A model generated the notes under the pieces. The model was given only the letters and a program-made list of their open reading frames with translations, had not been told where the DNA came from and ran no database searches. This document shows, piece by piece, positions 56,300 to 64,000 of a stretch of 64,000 nucleotides of DNA. The translations under genes were made by a program, and so were the position numbers. This stretch comes from the human T2T-CHM13v2.0 reference genome, Homo sapiens: the NCBI RefSeq assembly GCF_009914755.1, contig NC_060928.1; one strand, 5' to 3'. Positions within the stretch are counted from its first letter, which is position 1; each line of letters starts with the position of its first letter.

Positions 56300-57645
56300 G
56301 TTCATCTCTACCTATGAATACATTCCCATTTGATGCATCCATGAGGAACAATGCTTCACCTCTTCTATGGCCTTAATCTATAGTCATTTCCCTTGTATGT
56401 TACAGAAAAAAAAAATTCTACTAAAAAAGTAATTTGGATCCTTTGGATCTTCTTTTTCACTACTCTTTTACTCGTAAAACGTTTCATTCAATTTTTCATC
56501 TCCTTCATTCTACATAAGTATTTTCTCAGAGATCGCTCATGTTGAAATGGTCAAAATAAATTTGCATTTTTTGACTGCTCTTTAGCACTAGAATTGTAGC
56601 TCGCCAGTCTTTCTTCCCATAACAGTTCATGTCCCAGCATCTTATTCCCATGATCTCTTGGGAAGTTAGCCACATTCAGGGTTTCTACCTCTCTCAGTGG
56701 ATGCCTTTCTGTGTCTGGTCTTACTCTGTCTATTGAGATTGCCTGGACCTTTCTAATGGTCTGTTAGACATAACTAACTGTTAAAATTTATTTTAACACA
56801 TAAACCTTTTCTTCCTTTTAAACTATTCTAAATGTGTCTAAAAACAACCTCCTTATTCCCATATGGGCCCTCTCTTCCTTTTAAACATGCTAACTGTCAT
56901 AATTTTTTCAAACCACCTGCATTTGGAAATATAAGGCACCAGTTAGTTATCATTCTTCCCCATGTTTAACTCTCAATTAGTTGAACAATTTTCTCTACAA
57001 ATTATCTTGAATACCACTTTTCCTTTTCCTCTTGGCTCGTTGAATGATACCTCCAACCACTCAGTTGCTCAAGTCAGAGAGGCCCATCTTTAATTTGGCA
57101 ATTGGACTTGTTTAATTTAACACTCCCTTAACCTCCAAATTCCAGCAACCCACCCATTTCTACAACTTCTAAGTATAAAATAGTATTCAAATTATTTTTC
57201 ATTCATTCATCCCCATGGCCAGTATTTTGGATTAGCCTCCCAGGATCTGTCATTTCTATCACCAAGAAATTCTGTCATAGCCATTCTTCTGTCTCACTCA
57301 AATCCCCAAAATCCACTATTTACAGTTCAACCACAGTGATATTTCTAATGTCAAATCTAACTTTTACTGTGCTTCAAAGGTTCTCCATTGTATTAAGATA
57401 AAGGGCAGAGTCTTTAAGTAAGCTTGTGTAGTTTCCATTTGTGAAGCCCAATTAAGTACTTATCCTCATCTTTACTTTTCAATCACACTGTACATTCAAT
57501 TAACAGTAATTATTTATTAGTAGTATACTCAACATATTATATTTTCTTCTGTCTGAAGATCTACATGCATGACATTTACTGTTGTCAAAAAATTCTTTAC
57601 CTCTGGCCATTTATCTGGATAACTGCAAGTCATCCCTATTTTCAC
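56300..57645 (+). mobile_element. L2 fragments
   Basis: ccactcagttgctcaagtcaga; caaaatccac...ccacagtgatatttctaa; ggttctccattg. Confidence 0.6.
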
Positions 57646-57653
57646 TTAGAGAA

Positions 57654-57784
57654 AGGGTGACCGCATAATTTATTGTTCAAGATGAGATTATTTTGAGAGT
57701 AGCAAGAGTATTAGTAATAATTACACCAAGAGAACAGACATACACAGTAACTATTCTGGGATAACTAGGATATATGGTCATGCA
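57654..57784 (+). mobile_element. MER94-like MITE (second copy)
   Basis: agggtgaccgcataatttattg...ttttgagagt...tatggtca. Confidence 0.7.
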
Positions 57785-58122
57785 AATTAGGTACACTTAT
57801 CAGAAAAATGTTCTCATCATCAACCCCGTGTTATTTATTTTTCATTACTCTTACATAGAATTCTATTTCTCCTATAAAATAATGTATTACATTTTATCAG
57901 CAGGCAGTTGATCCCCTTACAGTAGCCACAATTAGAGCTGACTAGTCCCCATTCCACAACCATTCCAGGTTAGACTGGAATCAGACTTTTAGAGTGAGAA
58001 AGCTGATCTGCCAGCAGCAACAGCAGTAGCAAAACTTTCTGCCTTCCTACCCTCCACCAAATAGCATAGGAAGAGGCAGGCTCAGCAGCTTATAATTCGC
58101 TTCCCACTTAAAGATCACTCAG

Positions 58123-60576
58123 TGTATTAGTCCGTTCTCACACTGCTATAAAGAAATACTTGCAACTGGGTAATTTATAAAGAAAAGAGGGTTAATTGGC
58201 TCATGGTTCTGCAGGCTGTACAGAAAGTATAGTGGCTTCTGCTTCTTGGGAGGCCTCAGGAAGCTTCCAGTCATGGCAGAAGGCAAGGCGGGAGCAAGGC
58301 ATCTTACATGGTGGGAGCAGGAGCAAGAGAGAGCAAGGGGGGAAGTACTGCGTATTTTTAAACAACAGTATCCCATGAGAACTCACCCATGATCACAAGT
58401 ACAGTATCGGGGAGATGGTGTAAACCAGTCACGAGAAATCTGCCCTCATGATCCAATCACCTCCCACCAGGCCCCACCTCCAAAATTAGGGACTAAAATT
58501 CAACATAAGATTTGGTGGAGATACAGATCCAGACCATATCATTCTGCTCCTGGCCCCTCCTAAATCACATGTCCTTTTCACATTGCAAAACAAAAACATG
58601 CCTTCTCAACAATCCTCAAAGTTTAAAATCACTCCAACATTAACTCAAAAGTCCAAAGTCTCATTGGAGACAAGCCTAGTCCCTTCTGCTTATGAGACTA
58701 TAAAATAAAAAAACAAGTTAGTTACTTCCAATCTACAATGGGGGTATAGTCATTGGGTAAATATTTCCATTCCAGAAGGGAGAAATTGGCCAAAAGAAAG
58801 GGACACCAGGCCCCATGCAAGTTCCAAAACCAGCAGGGCAGTCATTAAATCTTAAAGCTCCAAAATAATCTTCTTTAACTCCATGTCAGACATCCAGGAC
58901 ACACTGATACAAGGGATGGTCTCCCGAGGTCTTGAGCATCTCTGCCCCTATAGCTTTCCAGGGTTTAGCCAGCACGGCTGCTCTCCAAGGCTGACAGTGA
59001 GTGCCTGCAGACTTTTCAGGTACAGGGTGCAAACTGTTTGTGGATCTATTATTCTGCGGTTTACAGGATGGCGGCCCTCTTCTCACAGCTCCACTAGCAG
59101 TGTTCCAGTGAGGACTCTGTAGGGGCTCCAACCCCAAATTTCCCCTCTGCACTGCCCTAGTAGAGTTTCTCCATGAGAGCTCCAACCCTGCAGCAAGGTT
59201 CTCTCTGGATATCCAGGCTTTTCCATACATCCTTGAAATTTAAGCAGAGGCTCCCAAACCTCAATTCTTGGATTCTGTGCATCCACAGGCTTAACACCAC
59301 ATGGAATCTGCCAAGGCTTATGGATTGCACCCTCTGAAGCAGCAGCCTGAACTGTACCTGGGCTCCTTTGAGCCATGGCTGGAGCTAGAGCTACTGGGAT
59401 CTGGGGAAGAGTGTCCCAAGGTTTCACAGGGAAGTGGGGCACGGGATCTGGCCTATAAAACCATTCTCTCATCCTAGGCTTCTGGGTCTGTTATGGGAGG
59501 GGCTGCCAAGAAGTTCTCTGAAGTGCCTTTGAGGCCTTTTCTGCAGTGTCTTGGGTATTAGCACTTGGCTCTTTCTTACATATGCAAATTTCTGCACCCT
59601 GCTTTGAAGTCCTCCCATGAAAATGGACTTTTCTTTGCTACATCATGGCCAGGCTGCAAATTTTTCAAATGTTTACTCTCTGCTTCCCCTATAAATCTAA
59701 GTTCCAACTTTAGGTCATTTATTTGCTAACTCATATGAGCATAGGTTGTTGGAAGCAGCCAGGGCACCTCTGAATGCTTTGCTGCTTAGAAGTTTCTTGC
59801 ACCAGATATCCTAAATCATCACTCTGAAGTTCAAAGTTCCATGGATCCTTAGGGCATGGGCACAATGCAGTCAAGCTCTTTGCTAAGCATAACAAAAGTG
59901 ACCTTTCCTCCAGTTCCCAATAAGCTCCTAATTTCCACCTGAGACCTCATCAGCCTTGCCTTCACTGGCCATATCACTACCATCATTTTGGTCATAACCA
60001 TTCAACCCGTCTTTAGGAAACTCCAAACTTTCCCTCATCTTCATATGTTCTTCTAAGTCCTCTACAGTTTTTCAACCTTTGCCCATAACCTGGTTCCAAA
60101 GTTGCATCCACATTTTCATGTATCCTTACAGCAATGTACCACTTCTGAAACCAATGTTCTGTATTAGTCCATTCTTGCTTTGCTACAAAGAAATACCTGA
60201 GACTGGGTAATTTATAAAGAAAAGTGGTTTAATTGGTTCATGATTCTGTAGGCTGTGCAGGAAGCATAGTGGCTTCTACCTCTGGGGAGGCCTCAGTAAA
60301 GTTGTAATCATGGTGGAAGGCAAAGAGAGAGGAAAGCATCTCACATGGTGGGAGCAGGAGCAAAAGAAAGTGGGGAAGCGCTACACACTTTTAAACAACC
60401 AGATCTCATGAAAACTCCCTCACAATTGCAAGAATGGTACAAAAGGGATAGTGCTAAACCATTTATTTGAAATCCACTCCCCATGATCCAATCACCTCTC
60501 ACCAGGCCCCATCTCCAGCACTGGGGATTACAATTCAACGTGATATTTGGTGGGGAGGAAGACCCAAACCACATCA
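58123..60576 (-). mobile_element. Full-structure MSTA MaLR element (LTR 58123-58541, internal 58542-60159, LTR 60160-60576)
   Basis: Two direct LTRs (tgtattagtcc...acca[t/c]atca) flank a 1.6-kb MST-int sequence; ORFs 58886-59472 are decayed MaLR ORF pieces. Confidence 0.95.
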
Positions 60577-60759
60577 ATTAGCAATAGCAGGCAATTTCAG
60601 AAGATACCTTCTACATCACCAGAAAGGATTGAGCTGGGGCCCCAGCAGTGCAAGAACAAAGAAAACAAGATAAGTAAACTTACATTGGAACTAAAGTCCA
60701 CAAAAGTCCACCAGAACCTATACACTAAAGTTAAACAGGTTGACTGCAAGCTAAAGTAG

Positions 60760-61265
60760 AAGCTCCTTGTGTAATACCTACCCTTTGAGTATGGGTTGGT
60801 TTTAGTTATTTGCTTCCAGAGAATAGAAATTTCTTCCATGATTCAGTGCATAATATTTTGACTTGTCTTTCTTGCTAGTAGACTTTCATGCTCTCACTCT
60901 CTCTCTCTCCCTCTCTCTCTGTCTCTCTCACTGGCAGAAGAAATCTTAAAAGTTTGAGAAGAAAATATGGTAAATAACTAAGAGAAATCTCTGGTCAATA
61001 CTCAACAAGTCCTTCAGTCCAACAATATTCCATACATGAAATCCTGCCAAAAACCAGGTAAGTAACCATAGAAGCATATAATTCCCCTGTTGAACTTTCA
61101 CAACCCAGCTTGTGACCTTCATTGCAGGTTAAAGAGAGATCATCAATCAGAGGACCCAATTAAGCTGTGACCAGAGTCCTGGCCCATTGCAACTGTGAAC
61201 AAAGTGCATGTTGTTTAGGCTGCTAAACTTGTGGTTATTTGTTTCACAATAATAAGTAACTTATA
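60760..61265 (+). mobile_element. MLT1E-family LTR
   Basis: gaaatcctgccaaaaacca; cagaggacccaattaagctgtg; gctaaacttgtggttatttgt. Confidence 0.7.
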
Positions 61266-61969
61266 AAAATGCTCTATACTCGTGATCCTCATTATCAATG
61301 AAACATCTCATTATTCATGTAAGGACATTGAATTCCTTAAAAATTGAGGTAAACTATCTTGAAAACAAAGCCCAAGGGGTTAATGCATTTTCATATACCC
61401 TCCTTCACCTGCTAGAGATCAAGTTAAAGAAGTCACAATCACTATTACTGTTGTAGAAAAGGTACTCCTTTTCCTTTATTCAGGCTCTTACTTGTGCTTA
61501 GAATAAATGTTTGTGGCTTCTATGGTTAACTAGCTGAAACATAAAGGCTTTGGTTATTGTATGTTCCCTTCGAAGGCCATTTGTAGTATTGATTTAACCC
61601 ACAAGCACTTTGGACGTTGTTTTTGCCTCAATCATTCAAGCAGGTGGTTCTGTACAATGTAGAACACAGCTTAAAGGGAAAAACATAGAAAGACATCAAC
61701 TCTACAAGCAGCTCCTGTAGTAGCTCTGGAAACATTGTGAAGTAACTCTATGCACAATATTATTGATACCTATTTGGAATTTTCCTATAATGGGACAAAT
61801 TTGATATACAATCTATTTACATTATAGAATCTTTCCTAATGCACCTGTGTCTCACTGACAGGTTTTTCTTTCCCTATCTGCTGAACTTGTATGTTTTATC
61901 TAATGGAAGTTGATATTAAGCAATGATGGAAGAATCTGCATACAAGGCAATAAAACCTCCTATATGGTA

Positions 61970-62360
61970 TTATTGTTGTTAGGGAAATTAATAGTAGCTT
62001 CCACAGCAAACAAAACTACTCTTATTGTCTGAACACAACAAAAGTCTATTTCTTGCTATGTCAAATCTAACGCAGATGTTCCTTGATGGTTGGAGAACTG
62101 CCTATGGTTTTTCAGAGATCCACACTATACATCTTGTAGTTCTGCTATTCTCTAGGGCTGCAGAGATGTATACTTGATCCTTTGCTTTCAGCTGCTAGTC
62201 AGGAGAAAGGCAGAAGATCATGTGAGAAAGAATTTTCTGGGCCAGTTCCAGAAATGGTTTACACAGTCCACTAGACAAAAGCGAGTCCAACAGCCACATC
62301 TAACTGCAAAGGAAGCTGGGAAATGTAGTCTAATTTTGTGCCCAGGAAGAAAATGAGAAC
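61970..62360 (-). mobile_element. MLT1K/L-like LTR
   Basis: acacaacaaaagtctatttcttgct; taactgcaaaggaagctgggaaatgtagtct. Confidence 0.65.
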
Positions 62361-62501
62361 TGGTAAATATAGACTGTCTGGGGGTAGATTAAAAGAATGC
62401 AAATATTAGTACAAATAGATTAAAGACTGCAGAAATATGGCACACGATTTATGCAACTTAATTCCAACATAGATCAGTATTTATAATAGAAAACTTATTT
62501 T

Positions 62502-62559
62502 AAAGAATTTTATACTATATAAATAATAAAAAAGAATTTTATACTATATAAATAATAAA
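62502..62559 (+). repeat. Perfect 29-bp tandem duplication
   Basis: aaagaattttatactatataaataataaa occurs twice. Confidence 0.95.
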
Positions 62560-63856
62560 ATTAATGTAATAATGCAACAGTGTGTTCTAACTGTGGTTTT
62601 ATTGTAATTTCACCTTTTGATAATAATCATCTTACCTATTTCCTGATTAGCTCTGTCAAGTTATTTTCCTTTTCCCCATTTTCTGTTCGTTTCTCCTTGG
62701 TAGGTTATATTCCCTTCTCATCTTCTTAAGGGAAGCTTGCATTTTGTACTATACCATATTGCATGAAATAATTCATTCTGCATAAAACATGTTTGGATAC
62801 ACTTTCTAGACTGGGTTAGGTTTTCCAAGGATTTTTATTGGAACTAAACACATTCTACAATCCTGTACCATACTAGAAATAGAAGTTGCATATGCTGCCT
62901 CTTGGGAAGTAGAGCAGTTAAGTGGTATCCTGGAGTTCAATAGCTGCAAGAATGAAGTAAATGACCAAGAGATGAAGGAAAATGGGGGGAAAAATCTAGC
63001 CCTTGCTACCAACTTCAACAAGTAGTATTTAGTGGCTGCTCATGTTGTCTCAGTGGACAGAGAGCATCTGTCCACTGAGCATCTGAAGGCATGAATCTTT
63101 TACTACCCCAGTAAAGGTCACATATTTTTATGCTCTAGCCTAAGCTGAAAGATCTCATGGTCATGACCTTGACAAATTTCCTAGGCTATTGGTGTCAGGA
63201 TGCACCCTTGATCTGCAATGTTTTATATTGTTCTCTGGGTTTGTTTCCTGAGAAGCAGGTCATGCTGGACCTGCAGTTCAGAGTGACTTAAGTAACCCTG
63301 ACATTGTAATTGGCATTGTCTGCTCGAAAAGCTGTTATTAAAAATAAGTGTTTGAGGAGAAATTGTTGTTCTTATTCTGTTCCATTATCTCATATGGAAC
63401 GTGAAAGTTTATTTCCGTATTTGTCTTCTCTTAGCTAGTTTATATGCCTCTGAAATATTAGATATTTTGTAAAATAAACTTAAATGCTAAGTTACATAGA
63501 AGTATCATTGTATAGAATTGGTTATACCTAAAAGACCAGAAATCACTTGAATTAAAACAGTGAAAGCTACAGAGAACACACCATAAAACTTTGTTCTGCT
63601 TCTCCTTTCTCTGCTTCTACCCCACTGATAGTTCTCAGTGGCATTTTATAGACCCAAAGAAAGAGAAAACAGGTATTTTCTAGTTTCTTTTGTTCTTTTT
63701 ATAAAAAATACTTCAAGTATAAAATGCACAATATATTACTTATACATACATACATATATTTTTATAAAATGAACACATATCTTATTAACATACTAGCCAC
63801 TTCTTTTAAAGTCAATATTTACACTTAGAGTGAAAGTTAATTTAAAAATAAAATCT

Positions 63857-64000
63857 CTTTTTCCCAACTTTTATTTTAAGTTCAGGGGTACATGTGCTGC
63901 GTGTGCCGGTTTCTAACAAAGGTAAAAAATGTGTGTGCCATGGTGGTTTGCTGCACAGATAATCCCATCACCTAGGTATTAAGCCCAGCATCCATTAACT
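63857..64000 (-). mobile_element. L1PA15/16-like 3' end (continues beyond the window)
   Basis: aacttttattttaagttcaggggtacatgtg...tgccatggtggtttgctgcacagat...cctaggtattaagcccagcatcc. Confidence 0.9.

Noticed and set aside
49913-57784. Dispersed 120-bp similarity between 49.9 kb and 57.7 kb
   Set aside because: These are two independent MER94-like MITEs with low mutual identity.

Overview
Primate (very likely human or great-ape) genomic DNA: AT-rich, CpG-poor and repeat-dense, typical of an intergenic or deep-intronic region. I find no intact protein-coding gene, RNA gene, CRISPR array or prokaryotic system. The listed ORFs come from repeats or chance. The one gene-derived sequence is a processed RPL21 pseudogene (18393-18959) with two CpG-type nonsense codons. 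The rest is Alu, L1PA/L1M, L2, MIR, many ERVL-MaLR LTRs (THE1, MST, MLT1), an MLT2A LTR and hAT fossils. The most unusual signal is structural. Between about 20.6 and 38.1 kb there are three 200-410 bp local inverted duplicate pairs with arms 0.9-1.7 kb apart, a fold-back copy of flanking DNA at an L1 5' junction, and a 239-bp tandem duplication. Several perfect short hairpins occur elsewhere. Together these suggest recurrent template-switch copying and a potential for long dsRNA stems. Repeat subfamily names and percent identities are by eye or from memory, and boundaries of old repeats are approximate.
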